Both the position numbers and the translations under genes were made by a program. The notes beneath the pieces were generated by a model. It did no database searches. It saw only the letters and a program-made list of their open reading frames with translations, and was not told the origin of the DNA. This document shows, one piece after another, positions 40,587 to 52,479 of a DNA stretch of 64,000 nt. Every line of letters begins with the position of its first letter. Positions within the stretch are counted from its first letter, which is position 1. This stretch comes from Naegleria gruberi (Eukaryota): NCBI GenBank assembly GCA_000004985.1, contig GG738853.1; one strand, given 5' to 3'.

Positions 40587-42065
40587 TTACAAAAGATTGA
40601 ACATGAGATACACCACAATGGTAAGAAGAATATACACAGGACCATTGTTGGTAAAAACACTATTTGACTCACTAACAAGAGCTCTTACATCTAATGTATT
40701 GTTTTCATCCATGTAGCCATCAAATTCCAAAACCATTTGATCCATTAAAGAATCAACATTTACAGATCTGGCCATCATTGTGGATAAACTAGCATCTGTA
40801 GTTACTCCATTCTTATCCACAACAATAGAAATTGGACAAGGCATATCGAGAATGCAACCACATTTCAATCCTTCCCAACTGTTCACAAATCTCTGAGCTA
40901 GGAATGTGAATAAATTATTGGCTACTCCAGTGTCAGGACTTGCATATTTCAGAGTGATAGACTTGTCGAGGAATATTCTGGCAGGTGCCACAACTGCGTA
41001 ATGTTTACAATAGAGACGAGTGGAAGCAAATGCAACACTGGAAACTTGTGGTTGAAAAACAGCAGCTCTGTACAAGTTGAGTTTTTCAAGGTTTGCTTGA
41101 TCATTGCTTCTTACCATTGGATTTCCTTTTGGAAGAAGAGCAATCGGTGCTTTTTGTTTCAATTTAGCATGAATCTCATCCAATGCCAATGACTGAGTCA
41201 ATTGACCATTATTGGCCAAATCAGGGGCCATGTATGGAGTGCAATTTAGAGCACGTGCCATTGCAACAGCTAACAATCTATTATCAGAACCATTTACCAA
41301 AGTTTGAGTTTGAGCAGTTCCTCCAAGGGCTTTCAAATTAGCTGCAGTATTTTGACAAGTTCTACCTGCCAATGTCTTGTTTGTACTAATGATATAGGAT
41401 GTAACAACGTTATCTGATTGATCCATGTCAACAATACCAAAATCTCTGACAGTCATACATGATTTTCCATCAAGTGCAGTGCCAAGTGCTGGAACTGGTG
41501 GATTAAAGAAGGAACCAGGATCATTGGTTGCTTTTTCCTTAATAATTTGACTGATTGATGTTTGAACAGCTTCAAAAAATTGCTTTCCATTGCATGAGGC
41601 GAATTGACCAAAAATATCATTTGCTCCATCAATACCATTGACACAATTACCTTGAGCAAGTGAATTACTGGAATCAATTAAAGTAAGAGAACCAGCATTT
41701 GTACCAAACCACAATCCAACAATTGCTGTTTTTGGAAAGACAGGAACAGTTGGTTTGATTGCTGGTTGAGTATTTTGAGTAATTACCAAAGGATTATAAA
41801 TCATGAAGGATCTTGTCTCTGGAACGAAAATAACACCCTCAACAAATGATTGTTGATCAGCAGCAGTCATGACACAAGGGCCATTGGCAGGATTGACAGC
41901 TCTCAAAATATAAGGAGTTGCCAATCCTTGAGGAGTGAGTGGATTTGGAGGAACAATAAGAGCACAATCAGGATTAGCACCCTTTACAATTCTGATATAA
42001 TGTACAAGAATAATGGCAAGACAAATACTTGTCTTGAGTGAGTTGGAAACGATCATGTTGAGCAT
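40587..42065 (-). CDS. Secreted, probably GPI-anchored protein of unknown function (about 490 aa)
   Basis: Minus-strand ORF. Likely start MLNMIVSNSLKTSICLAIILVHYIRIVKG (signal peptide) at 42063-42065; the ORF extends further upstream to 42215 without a clear start context. C-terminus ...NNGPVYILLTIVVYLMFNLL is hydrophobic (GPI-signal-like). Cys-containing and N-glycosylation-site-rich. No known domain recognised. Confidence 0.5.
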   Translation of the reverse strand: MLNMIVSNSLKTSICLAIILVHYIRIVKGANPDCALIVPPNPLTPQGLATPYILRAVNPANGPCVMTAADQQSFVEGVIFVPETRSFMIYNPLVITQNTQPAIKPTVPVFPKTAIVGLWFGTNAGSLTLIDSSNSLAQGNCVNGIDGANDIFGQFASCNGKQFFEAVQTSISQIIKEKATNDPGSFFNPPVPALGTALDGKSCMTVRDFGIVDMDQSDNVVTSYIISTNKTLAGRTCQNTAANLKALGGTAQTQTLVNGSDNRLLAVAMARALNCTPYMAPDLANNGQLTQSLALDEIHAKLKQKAPIALLPKGNPMVRSNDQANLEKLNLYRAAVFQPQVSSVAFASTRLYCKHYAVVAPARIFLDKSITLKYASPDTGVANNLFTFLAQRFVNSWEGLKCGCILDMPCPISIVVDKNGVTTDASLSTMMARSVNVDSLMDQMVLEFDGYMDENNTLDVRALVSESNSVFTNNGPVYILLTIVVYLMFNLL

Positions 42066-42437
42066 TTGTGAATGGTATTCAATGGTTTGATTTGAATAAC
42101 AACAGTTTGTTTTTGTTTTTTTTTGATATTGTTCACTAGTCCAATAAAGTGCCGACAATTTAACAGAAATTGCACAAATCATGTATGTTATCAAAAAGGA
42201 AAAGTAGGTTCTCATAAAATTGAATGAAATAAAGGATGAAAGGTTGAGAGATATACGAATATTAACGAATGAGGAGTTTGGATAATGATCTATCGCGAAA
42301 AACTTTCTCTATCTTTATAATTGATTGATTTGGTACACACAGATCCATCATAAATCATTGCAAGTAATAAAAACCTAATTTTCATGTTGAATCTGCAATA
42401 AAACCGAAGATGCAAAAGAGAAAATAAAAAACATGAA

Positions 42438-42510
42438 TCGCCCACCGTGGGGGTCGAACCCACGACCACAAGGTTAAGAGCCTTGCGCTCTACCGACTGA
42501 GCTAGACGGG
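42438..42510 (-). tRNA. tRNA-Lys (anticodon CUU), second identical copy
   Basis: The 73-nt sequence is identical to the copy at 40422..40494, on the same strand and followed by T6. The flanks diverge immediately outside the tRNA. Confidence 0.9.
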
Positions 42511-42835
42511 CTACATTCACCATACTTGTATTTACTTTATGAGCGAACACTTTCGTTTTCCATATTTTGGTTATGGAGAGTGGCAAAGTTTCTCTAAGGC
42601 AACCCAAGAAGAATTTGATAGTTTAAGCTTTTAAATTTTGAATTTCCAAAATAGCCTGGTCACTCCAAATAAACATTGGATATTGAAGAAAGTTCAATCC
42701 AACTTCTAAAAATGTGAAAATACCTTTTATAAAATTAGTCCTTGATAACATTCTTCAATTGTTAATTCTCTATTCTAATCTTTCATCTCTTGAAAACGAA
42801 ACACATTAAAATACAAATCGAAAAGAAACAAAAGA

Positions 42836-45015
42836 ATGTCCATAGGAGCCATCTCTGGTTATCAGTTCACTGATGTCGACAATCCACCATCTGAGAAAGA
42901 ACGTCATCACTTTCGTAAGAAATTTCATCGTAACAAGGAAACAGATGAAACTGTTTCAAGAACTTTCATTCCAGATACATTAGAACCCAAAGTAAATGTC
43001 CTATCTCATTGTTACATGTTCAAAATCTTTGGTTGGAATACATGGCTAATTGTCATTGGATGTATTGGTGCGATGGGATATGGTGTCATTCCAGTCATTT
43101 GTCAGTACCTTCTGGGATCTCTTATTGATACATTTGCTTCACCAACAGTGACTAGTGAAAGTGCTGGAAGAGCTGTAAACAAATTGAGTCTTCAATTGTT
43201 AATTCTAGCAATTAGTGGTAAGTTCTCTATTGTATATTAAACTAAACTTGTCAAAGGTGCCATTGCCTTTGCTATTCATCACTGTTTCATGCAATTGGCC
43301 AATGCAAGACTTGGTACTGCAATGAGAAAAGCTTACTTGGGTTCATTATCCAAACAAGAAATGAATTATTTCGACATTAAGAAAATTGGATCATTGACAG
43401 TTGTGTTGAGCGAAGATATTCCAAAAATTCAAGATGTTTATACGAATGAATTTTTTGCATTCATGCAAGAGATTATTCAGTTTGTGGTTGGCTTTATTCT
43501 TTCATTGACTGTGAATTATCAAATGGCTTTGATTTTATTTTCAACTGGTAAGTATTTCGATCACTTTCGTCCCATTTAGAATATATTTTGTAGCTCCCTT
43601 GACATTTTTTCTACATACCATTCTCTCAACTATTGCCACCCTTCTTACAAGGAAAATCAACAAGTGCACTGATAATTCAGCTGCCGCTGCCAATGAAATT
43701 TGTTCCTGCATGAAAACTATTCGAAGCATGGCTTCAGAAGAAAAGGAAGCAAAGAAATTTAGTAGGGATTTGAGAAAGATTGATACTTTGGGTTTTTATA
43801 TGGGAATTAATTATGCTACATTTCTTGGAATATCTGTTTTTGTAACATGGGCAACTATTTCACTTGGTTTTTGGTAAGTTTATTGTTTTAAAGTTTCCTA
43901 TAAAAGGAAAAAGGTACGGTGGACATCAAATTGTTGATCAAAAGTCAACTATTGGTTCTATTTTTAAAGTATTTGGAATGATGTTTCTTGGAATTGGTAA
44001 GTTGTTTATTGAAATTCTGTGAAAATTACAATTTTCGAATATAGTTGCTCTTATTCGTTCTGCAACTTTCTTTCCCAGATATGGTAAAGCATATGCTTCA
44101 GAAACTACTCTTCTAAAGGTACTATTAAGAAAACCTGCCATTCCATTCAAAGGTGGACAAAAACTTGATAAAGTTGAAGGTGAAATTGTACTAAAGGATG
44201 TTGAATTTGCCTATCCTTCTCGACCAAACATTAATGTCATGCAAGAATTCAATCTACACATCAAATCTGGACAAACTATTGCCTTGGTAGGACCATCAGG
44301 TTCTGGAAAATCAACTATTGTTGGTTTATTAGAAAGATTCTATACTCCAAATAAGGGAAATATCACAATTGACGGTGTTGACGTTTCAGAATTGGACCCA
44401 ATGTGGCTTCACCGTCATTGTTTAGGAATTGTATCTCAAGAACCTGTTCTCTTTGCTGGATCCATCAAATATAACATTGCCTATGCATTACTCGGACCTG
44501 ACGAAGACATGAATAGGTTTACATCAGTTTCCATGGAACAAATCGAAAGTGTAGCCAAGAGAGCAAACGCACACAACTTTATTATGGAACTGCCCGATAA
44601 ATATGACACTCTATTGGGTGAGAAGGGAGTTTCTCTTTCGGGAGGTCAGAAACAGAGAATTGCCATTGCACGAGCTCTACTGCAAGATCCCAAAATTTTA
44701 CTTTTGGACGAAGCAACTTCTGCACTTGATACAGAATCTGAAAGATTAGTCCAAACAGCCCTTGATGAATTGATGAAAGGCAGAACGAGCATTTGTATTG
44801 CTCACAGGTTGACTACCATTGTGAATGCAGATATGATTTGTGTGTTGGTGAGGGGAAAAATTGTTGAGAAGGGTACACATCAAGAATTAATTCAAATTAA
44901 GGATGGTGTGTATAGAAATTTAGCTCAAAAGCAAATGATGATTGGATCACAAACTGATGAAGAACAAGAAGGAATTTCAAGAGTAGAAAATATTGGAGAT
45001 GACAACGATGAGTAA
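42836..45015 (+). CDS. ABC transporter, B-family half-transporter (TMD plus NBD); 5 exons
   Basis: Exons 42836..43217, 43257..43547, 43594..43873, 43914..43996, 44045..45015. All introns are GTAAGT..AG with consistent phases. NBD motifs: Walker A GPSGSGKST, Q-loop, signature LSGGQKQRIAIARAL, Walker B ILLLDEATSALD and H-loop IAHRL. Confidence 0.8.
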
Positions 45016-45415
45016 TAATTGTACCGTGTATGAATTCAAGCATGATTGGTAACTTATAAAGATCTTTTTATTAATGTTCAGTGTGTTCAAGTAATGATAA
45101 CAGTGCAACATCCTATTCGAAATGAGTTGAAATCACAAATCACACATAGTTAACGTATCCTAAATAGTGTAAATAGTGGAAAGTGTGGCTCGCAAGACAT
45201 GAAATTTCAATCTCATATATTGCAAATTTCTTGTCAAATCTTTGATGATGATTCAATTTAACACTTTCTCCGTAATTGATCACAAAACATGCTAATGAAC
45301 GCAAGTTTAACATGAAAGTCAAACCTTTGATTTTTTGATTATCTTGACATTCCAATCAAAATCCATTTCATTAAAAATCATTTATCTCAAATCACGTTTC
45401 TAATTTCAAAAAAAA

Positions 45416-46812
45416 ATGCAACACAACTCTTCCACAGATGACGACCACCATCAGCACAACAACATGGATGAAATTGGAACACCATCTACCAATTACATCA
45501 ATCTTTCCTCCGATCAATTAACTCCCACAGCCACCACTCAAGGTTTAGTCGAAAAGCAACAACCCCTAAATCCATTCTATTCACACGATGGTAGACGAAA
45601 GGCAGTTGGACACTGGTTGTGTCATAAATATGTCAGCTTGGGATTATCTATTTTCATATTCTTTGCAGCTCTTTCTCAACTTATTTGTGAAATTGCAGTT
45701 TATCCCTATACCAATAATTATGGAGTCAAAGTTGGACCAAGAGTTGCCATTTATATTCCATTGGCATTTTCCATCTTGTACTATGCCATTATGATATTTA
45801 GTTGTGGAACTTTCAAGTATTTGTGGAATAATATGAGTGTGAGTGAGATTTATAATTATATAGATATGATTACAAAGGTGAAACCTGTCATTGCAATGAG
45901 TGTTTCGTGTTATCATTATGAAACAAGAGTTGAACATTATACTGATTCACAGGGAAGATCACAAACGAGAACTACAACTGTTAGAGTGAATACTTATTCT
46001 GAAACTAGATTGTTTAATTATGAATTTTTCAGAGATTTATCAAGACCTTTTGTGTATGTGTTTATTATAAGAGATTTTAATTCAATAATTTTCATATATT
46101 TTATTCGAAACTTTTCAGTCTCGATGGAACTTCCAAAAAGTATATGAAACTCCAAGTAGCAAACGTAATATTCACCAATGATGAAACCACAAAAAAGTCC
46201 TTAGATACATCCAGACTTGCAATTCAAGTTGAAAATCGTTGGAGAGATGTTCACATGGATTATTCTGAAAATTGGACAGTTCCAGGATTCAAGAAACAAA
46301 TTCTTGCCAAAATGGAGGACAAGACATCAGCTACCTACTTTTTCAACATGTTCAGTTATATCCTATTCTCAATCTTTTTAATGAATAGTTTGTACAGAAT
46401 CATTTTTGATTATTATTGTGACACTCAGGAATATCAAGTAGTGAAAGAAATTTCAGTCTTGCCATTCCCTGAGGAGATGATCATTTTACAACCTTCATTA
46501 TGGATGAATTCAAATTATGGAAGTATGAGTTATGGAGAAGCTGTTTCATTTTCTTCACAATTACCAAAAGATTATATACCTCCACAAAATGGTCAACCAA
46601 CAATGAGTCAACCAGGTATTCCTTATCCTCAACAACAACAAGCAATGCCTATGCAAAATGGTCAACCAATTTATCAAGGTATTAGTGCTCAACCTTATCA
46701 ACCCTATCCAAACAATTCATACACACCACCACAAGTTTACCAAAATAGTCAATATATTCCACCACCAAATACTGTATTGGAACCTGTAACCATTCCAAAT
46801 CCAACAAATTAA
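45416..46812 (+). CDS. Two-exon transmembrane protein with a Q/P/Y-rich C-terminal tail (function unknown)
   Basis: Exons 45416..46053 and 46119..46812 (GTATGT..TTTCAG intron, phase 2). His-rich N-terminus, then hydrophobic segments (LGLSIFIFFAALSQLICEIAVY, IYIPLAFSILYYAIMIF, FNMFSYILFSIFLMNSLY). Low-complexity tail PQQQQAMPMQNGQPIYQG... Confidence 0.5.
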
Positions 46813-46875
46813 ACATTTCACAAATTTAAAGAACACTGGACGAAACAAGAAGTTATTTTTCTATTTATTGGAAGA

Positions 46876-47271
46876 TTAGAGGACATATCTGTAAATTAAC
46901 CAAGATGAGAAAGAAATATCAAAAACTGCACAGAAAGGAACATAAAAATGTGGAACACTTTCATGCTTGTGGAAAAGTAAATCCCACAATGCATGAATTC
47001 CAATTCCAATTGCATTGGTCAACCAAGAACGATGCTCCAAAGCATACATTGCCAATCCAGTGTATAAAACAACTGCACCAATTTGTGTGAAAACATTCAT
47101 CTTGCCATTGGAAGCCAAAGCAAAACCCAAGTAAATAGCAGCAATGGTTGGGAGCATGAGAGCAACAAATGAGAATGCCAAACTCTCTGACATTAATTCA
47201 ATGTTTAGGATAGAGAAGAGTGCCAAACCTAATCCAACAAGGGAATCTCTAACTGAGGTATGTGAATGCAT
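46876..47271 (-). CDS. Small four-helix membrane protein (131 aa), hypothetical
   Basis: Minus-strand ORF with aaaATG context. Four hydrophobic stretches (LVGLGLALFSIL, AFSFVALMLPTIAAIYLGFALA, IGAVVLYTGLAMYAL, IGIGIHALWDLLF). Confidence 0.4.
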   Translation of the reverse strand: MHSHTSVRDSLVGLGLALFSILNIELMSESLAFSFVALMLPTIAAIYLGFALASNGKMNVFTQIGAVVLYTGLAMYALEHRSWLTNAIGIGIHALWDLLFHKHESVPHFYVPFCAVFDISFSSWLIYRYVL

Positions 47272-47493
47272 TTTATATTGTAGTTCAATTAGTTGTGCAT
47301 CAGGTGCAAGATTCTTTTAAAGGAATTTAATAATTGTACTATTGTTATCCAATCAAAATTAGCTACTTAAATGGAATCTATCGCGCAGTTGACCACAATT
47401 CTAAAGCATTTTGATTGAATGATTCGCAAACAATTTTCACCTCAAAGTAAAACAAACCAATGATCTAGTTCTTTGTTTAACATCCAATGTGAA

Positions 47494-47574
47494 GCAGGGG
47501 TTCCCGAGTGGTCAAAGGGGGTAGACTCAAGTTCTACTGCGCAAGCTTCGTGGGTTCAAATCCCTCCTTCTGCA
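47494..47574 (+). tRNA. tRNA-Leu (anticodon CAA), type II, about 81 nt
   Basis: GCAGGGGTTCCCGAGTGGTCAAAGGGGGTAGACTCAAGTTCTACTGCGCAAGCTTCGTGGGTTCAAATCCCTCCTTCTGCA. Features: acceptor GCAGGGG/CTTCTGC, 3-bp D-stem with GAGTGGTCAAA loop, anticodon stem GTAGA/TCTAC with loop CT-CAA-GT, a 12-nt extra arm and a TTCAAAT T-loop. One T:T mismatch sits in the T-stem. A TTTT run lies downstream. Confidence 0.7.
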
Positions 47575-47807
47575 ACTTTTGCTTCTTTATCCCTTAATCT
47601 TTTTGATAAGACGACCATTTTCAAATATTTATTGTTAGTATGATGTCTAGTTTCTATGGTAAAATTTTTGTGCAACTCCAAATAGACTCTATAAAGATAA
47701 TCAATAAAGATAACGCTGACCTCAAATATTCCAGCTGAAATACCTTGAAGATTTGAAGAGCTACTAAAACATTTAATTTCCAAAAGACTACAGCACCACA
47801 GGTTCCC

Positions 47808-47862
47808 AAGTTGTCTCCAACCTCAGTACTGATGTGGCTCGACGATGCTTAACTTCTCAAAT
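47808..47862 (+). pseudogene. Degenerate tRNA-Leu-like 5' fragment (tRNA relic or tRNA-derived element)
   Basis: CACAGGTTCCCAAGTTGTC matches the first 19 nt of the upstream tRNA-Leu (GCAGGGGTTCCCGAGTGGTC) at about 16 of 19 positions and then diverges. No cloverleaf can be completed. Confidence 0.3.
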
Positions 47863-48224
47863 CGGACGGGATGAGGTGCATTCATCGTGATATGGCCGTA
47901 GCCAATCATTATCCTAAAACCTTGAATATAACCATCACCAAAGAACCACATATACTATTTTTCTGACTAATGTCATTTTGAATATTAAAGTTAAGCCAAT
48001 TCAAATGCCAAATGATATATAAAAGAGAACTACACCAAAATTATCCCCACTATGGATTGATTTTACTATTGGTGTACCCCATCCTCCCTACTCAACGATG
48101 TTATTATGTTATCAAGCACAAATACAACACAATCTCCAACAGTAACTACCATCAATAAGGAGTTTCGTTTTTTAATTAGAATTTTGGTGTGTTGAATGAG
48201 GAAAGTATCAGTTAGTGTATTGGT

Positions 48225-48713
48225 TTATTTCTTTTTAGGTCTCTTTCTTGGTCTTCCAATCTTTCTCTTGACGATTTTATACCTATCCTTCATGGAATCA
48301 ATAGTTTCAATGTTGAATTTTCCACGATTAAATGATATAGAGATGTGTTTTCGTTTGGAAGATGGAATTTTCATGCCTTCACTTGCTGAAGATCTGTCAG
48401 AAGAATATTGGAGATTAGTTTCGTTTTTCGAATATGTTGATATTGATGAATAAACTTGTTGATCCTTTGAAGTTTCTATCACGTTAGTATCTGTACATGT
48501 TCTTAGAATTTCCAATAAGAGAAGCATCCTCTCCTCTGCACTATTTACATGTTCTGTCAATTCTATAAATTGTTTTAATCTAATGAAGTGAATTAAATGT
48601 TAATAAGTTGACTGAAATTTTTCAATAACATACGTTAAGCTTCCATTCACTAGTCCATCAATAATTGTCTTCCATTTTACATCATTAGATTGAGAAGGTT
48701 GTTGTTGACACAT
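48225..48713 (-). CDS. Small AT-hook-containing basic protein; 2 exons (about 145 aa)
   Basis: Exons (minus strand): 48634..48713 (MCQQQPSQSNDVKWKTIIDGLVNGSLT) and 48225..48579, joined by a GTATGT..CATTAG intron with consistent phase. C-terminus KRKIGRPRKRPKKK is an AT-hook core (GRP). Confidence 0.45.
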
Positions 48714-49950
48714 TTTTTAATTGTTGGTTGAATTGAACGACTAGAAACCAATGGACTTTGAAAAGATTCCAATCTAACACACACCGGTGGATCTTATCCA
48801 CCCATTTGCAACTTCATGTTTGTTGAGATCTAAATTAACACAAATAGTGGTGAAAGTTGAAATATTTCAAATTTAAACGTCGTTATCTTTGAAGCGGTCT
48901 GTTAAAACTATGCGACCATTCATTGGTATTCGAAAGAGAAATTAGTGATATTTACGATATTTAGAAGGATAGTTGTTGAATTGTCAAATGCTACACTATT
49001 TGAATTCTTTCTTTATTTGTGATTCAGTTAGATGAGTGGTTCATCATCTAAGGCTTTTCATTTAATGTTGAACCGTTCAATGATTGTTACTCTTGGTTAA
49101 ATATCAAAGTATCTCACAACAGTCTACAGAAGAAACATTACTGCAAAAGAAGAGGTTTGTTTATCATTGTTTTTGCCACTTTCTTTGATTAAAAAGAAAA
49201 CGTTGTAAGTTTATTAGTGTACTTGAAAAGATTCTTGCGTATTTAGTACCTATATGTATCTATAACAGATCAATTAGAACAAATTCCTTATATATGTTAA
49301 AAATTGACCTATTTGGAATGCCCTGAACTGAATTAAGGCTAAAATCCTACATGGGAATCAAGTTTTTACGCTTCTGTTTCGTTAAATTCAAAAATGAAGC
49401 ATATACAGCAATGTAATGTTGGTCAAAAAATTTAAGAATAATGAACAGAAATTCGTTGATTGAGATACAGCTATTGGAATGGCACCTTAACGTCTTGTGT
49501 TTCTACCAACGTTCAAGCATTTGCCAATGCTTGTGATGACACCTATCAAAATTAGATCCAAATAATGCTAACTAATTTTTTGTTTAACAAAATTTGAAGT
49601 TTGACATACATGTTGAAGGATACAATGAGTTGGAAGAAATGTTATCTGAAACACAATTTTCTTGATATAAATAGATGTCATTACTCATATCAATTCATTA
49701 TTGAGAAAGGTGCAGCAATACCTTCAATAACCACACAGAATTAATTTCCTATTAAAATTCAGATTGGAGAACATTTAACAATTTCTCAGCCTTAATGTAT
49801 TCGTTTCACTAGTACTAACAAACAATAATTGGCCAATAATTTACATTAGGTGAAAGTGTGAAGTTGTTATGTGTTGCATTAATTTGGATGACAACCCTTT
49901 TTTTAACGGGTATTGTAATTTTTTTAAAATAATTAAAAAATTATAAAAAA

Positions 49951-50703
49951 ATGAGCGACGAAGATTTCTTTACCACACCTTCCAACGAAGAAACCCAACA
50001 ACCTGCTGACGAAATGTTCGGCGATCAACAACAACCACAAGAGTCCTTTGATTCTTTCGCTTCTGGTGATGATAATGGATTTGTTGCTGATGATCAAGGT
50101 TTCGATCAACAAGGTTATGTTGAAGAACAAGAACAAGAACAACAAGATTTTGAACAACAAGGTTACGTAGAAGAACAACCAATGACTGTCTATGAACAAC
50201 AACAACAAGAACAATACACCGAACCACCAAAGCAAGTGTCTGCCATCAGAGAATTCGAGGAAAAGAGATACAACGCCCTTATGGAAAAGGACAATGAAAG
50301 CAGAGTGCAACACGATAAAATTTTGGACGAAGCCAAGAATTATAAGGCCAAGTATATCAAGGATCGTGAAGAAAGAAAGGACACAAACTCCAAGAAGAAC
50401 AAGGATGATGAAGAAATCTTCCGTTCAACCATGGAAACTGTTCACGAAAATGTCTGGGAAAATGTTATGAAATATGTTGACTTGAACAAGGCAAAGTCTC
50501 AAAACAAGCTTGACAAGGAATTGGATGATATGGACGAACAAATTCTCGGTAAGAAGAAGAAGAAGAAGAACCAACAAAAGGAAGAAGAAAAGACCACAGT
50601 CAAGAAAGCCGACCAATTTGATCATCTTGAAGTTGAACAAAAGGATACCACTAGACTCAGAAAGATCCTTTTGGAATTAAAGGCAGAAGCTCCAGCTCAT
50701 TAA
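49951..50703 (+). CDS. Clathrin light chain-like protein (250 aa)
   Basis: Acidic N-terminus with a tandem DQQGYVEEQ / EQQGYVEEQ repeat. Central SAIREFEEKRYNALMEKD resembles the CLC consensus (IRKWREEQ). The C-terminal KDTTRLRKILLELKAEAPAH parallels the CLC tail (KDVSRMRSVLISLKQAPLVH). Confidence 0.55.
   Translation: MSDEDFFTTPSNEETQQPADEMFGDQQQPQESFDSFASGDDNGFVADDQGFDQQGYVEEQEQEQQDFEQQGYVEEQPMTVYEQQQQEQYTEPPKQVSAIREFEEKRYNALMEKDNESRVQHDKILDEAKNYKAKYIKDREERKDTNSKKNKDDEEIFRSTMETVHENVWENVMKYVDLNKAKSQNKLDKELDDMDEQILGKKKKKKNQQKEEEKTTVKKADQFDHLEVEQKDTTRLRKILLELKAEAPAH
50089..50196 (+). repeat. Tandem duplicated 27-nt unit (caacaaggttatgttgaagaacaa / caacaaggttacgtagaagaacaa) in the clathrin light chain acidic region
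   Basis: Two near-identical DQQGYVEEQ-coding units about 60 nt apart. Confidence 0.7.
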
Positions 50704-50809
50704 ATAAACTTTAAAAGCAATTTTTGTATAGTAATAATTATTTTCATTTAAAATATTACAAAAATATTAAAATAATTAAATTTGTATTAAATTTATACAA
50801 TTATTATTC

Positions 50810-51808
50810 TTAAGGTCTATTCACCAAGTTAACCAAACTTTGAGTACTCACAACTGCAGATGGGAATTGATTTTCCAATACAATCAATCTGTGAACTCTG
50901 GTTGCCTTCAATCTCTTTACGATAAGTTCCAATGTTGAATCTGGCTTACAATAAATATATGGATACTTTTCATTGACACTCTTTTGACGAACAGCAGATA
51001 AAAAGTCAATAACAGGTAAATCAAGGAGAGCAAATTCACCTTCAGAAACCATTTGAATATCTCTAGAACTTAAAACACTGATCAAATGTTTTTCTTCACT
51101 AACAATTGGCACAAAATTAACCTTATGTTCGGACATCATAACAAAAACATCAATAGTACGCATATTTTCATCAGCACAACATTTCAATTCACGTGATAAA
51201 TGTAATTCATGACAAGTAGCATTGAAAACAGTGTTTCCTTCATTTTCATCAATAATTTCTTTCATCAATTTGATAACATCGGAGTGTGATACAACATTAA
51301 TGATCATACCAGCTTCATCCTCAATAATAATACGCTTATTACCTAAAGCAAATTGTTGAATAGCATCCATAGCAGTGGCTGCTAAAGTAAGAGTTCCATG
51401 AGCATCCATTTTAGAGTAATTAGCAACTTTAATCACAGGTGTATCCAAAATAGCTTTAGCAACTTCTTGATTTTGGAGTAATTGAATTGTAATATTCTTT
51501 CTTGGTGATACTGGTGTATTATTAATATTGGCCATTTCAACAAGAGCTTGTCGGTAAGTATCAACCATGAAAGCAATAATATCACTAAAATCAATAAAGT
51601 GAACTTCTGAAGCTTTTTGAGTCTTTTCCTTGTGCGAATAAATTGGAGCAGAACGAACATCCCACTTCATAAGTTGTTGTATGGCATGAGAAATAGTTTC
51701 ATCTGCAGTAAAAGAGAGAAGGTTTTTCTTTTGACCAACAAGTTGTTCTATAGTGGTATTTTGGAATGTTTCCTTCAAAATTTGCTTAGCAACAGACGTT
51801 GAAGACAT
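50810..51808 (-). CDS. CBS-domain pair protein (about 333 aa)
   Basis: Minus-strand ORF. Probable start MSSTSVAKQ at 51806-51808; the ORF is open further upstream to 51904. Four CBS-like units (hydrophobic-x-V/I...D/E with beta-alpha-beta-beta-alpha spacing, for example IIEDEAGMIINVVSHSDVIKLM and RLIVLENQFPSAVVSTQSLVNLV). Confidence 0.55.
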   Translation of the reverse strand: MSSTSVAKQILKETFQNTTIEQLVGQKKNLLSFTADETISHAIQQLMKWDVRSAPIYSHKEKTQKASEVHFIDFSDIIAFMVDTYRQALVEMANINNTPVSPRKNITIQLLQNQEVAKAILDTPVIKVANYSKMDAHGTLTLAATAMDAIQQFALGNKRIIIEDEAGMIINVVSHSDVIKLMKEIIDENEGNTVFNATCHELHLSRELKCCADENMRTIDVFVMMSEHKVNFVPIVSEEKHLISVLSSRDIQMVSEGEFALLDLPVIDFLSAVRQKSVNEKYPYIYCKPDSTLELIVKRLKATRVHRLIVLENQFPSAVVSTQSLVNLVNRP

Positions 51809-52479
51809 GATGATGTGATGATGTAGTGGTGTATATGGAAGTAAATAGATCAAAACTTGTATATTCTTGAAGTGAGTGGCTTTAGTACTACAACAAGAAT
51901 TCAAAATAATAGCGCGAAACGGGAAAGATCAAGCTTTGATATTTTTTTAATAATTTATAATGTTGTTGTTTTTGGGTCTTATTGCTGATGGAACCATTTT
52001 CATCGAATCTTAGCCTTCGTTCATCGCCCAACGAGAATTGAAATAATTAACGAAGTACCCAAGGAAGATTTCAAGTGAGCATCAAAGATAAAATTAACCA
52101 TATTTCTTAACACTTGGTCCTCCAAAGTATACTCTGTTTTAAATGAAAATATGAAATAATATTTGATATCAATGAAGATATTGTTGTTGTTACTGTAGTT
52201 TAGTTTGTTTGGAATGATGTTGAAACTAATCAATAAGACCGGGTCCAAGTATGGTAATCATTAAAATTGTACAAAAGAGGAAAAAGTTGTGGCTCAATTG
52301 AGTAGAATTTTAAAGTAGGTACTCGGTTGTAAATAGCTTGTTTCAGTTCCTATTCGATATCTTGCCATTTCTTCAAATTTATTTATAATTATCATCATTC
52401 CTGTTGAATCAATTTACAATAAAGAGTTTAGAGTTGTTCGTTATTGGGATTCTTGTTTAACCAAATGCTATTAAACATA

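Noticed and set aside
42290-42607. 105-aa minus-strand ORF
   Set aside because: It runs straight through the tRNA-Lys gene at 42438..42510. It is a spurious ORF created by the tRNA sequence.
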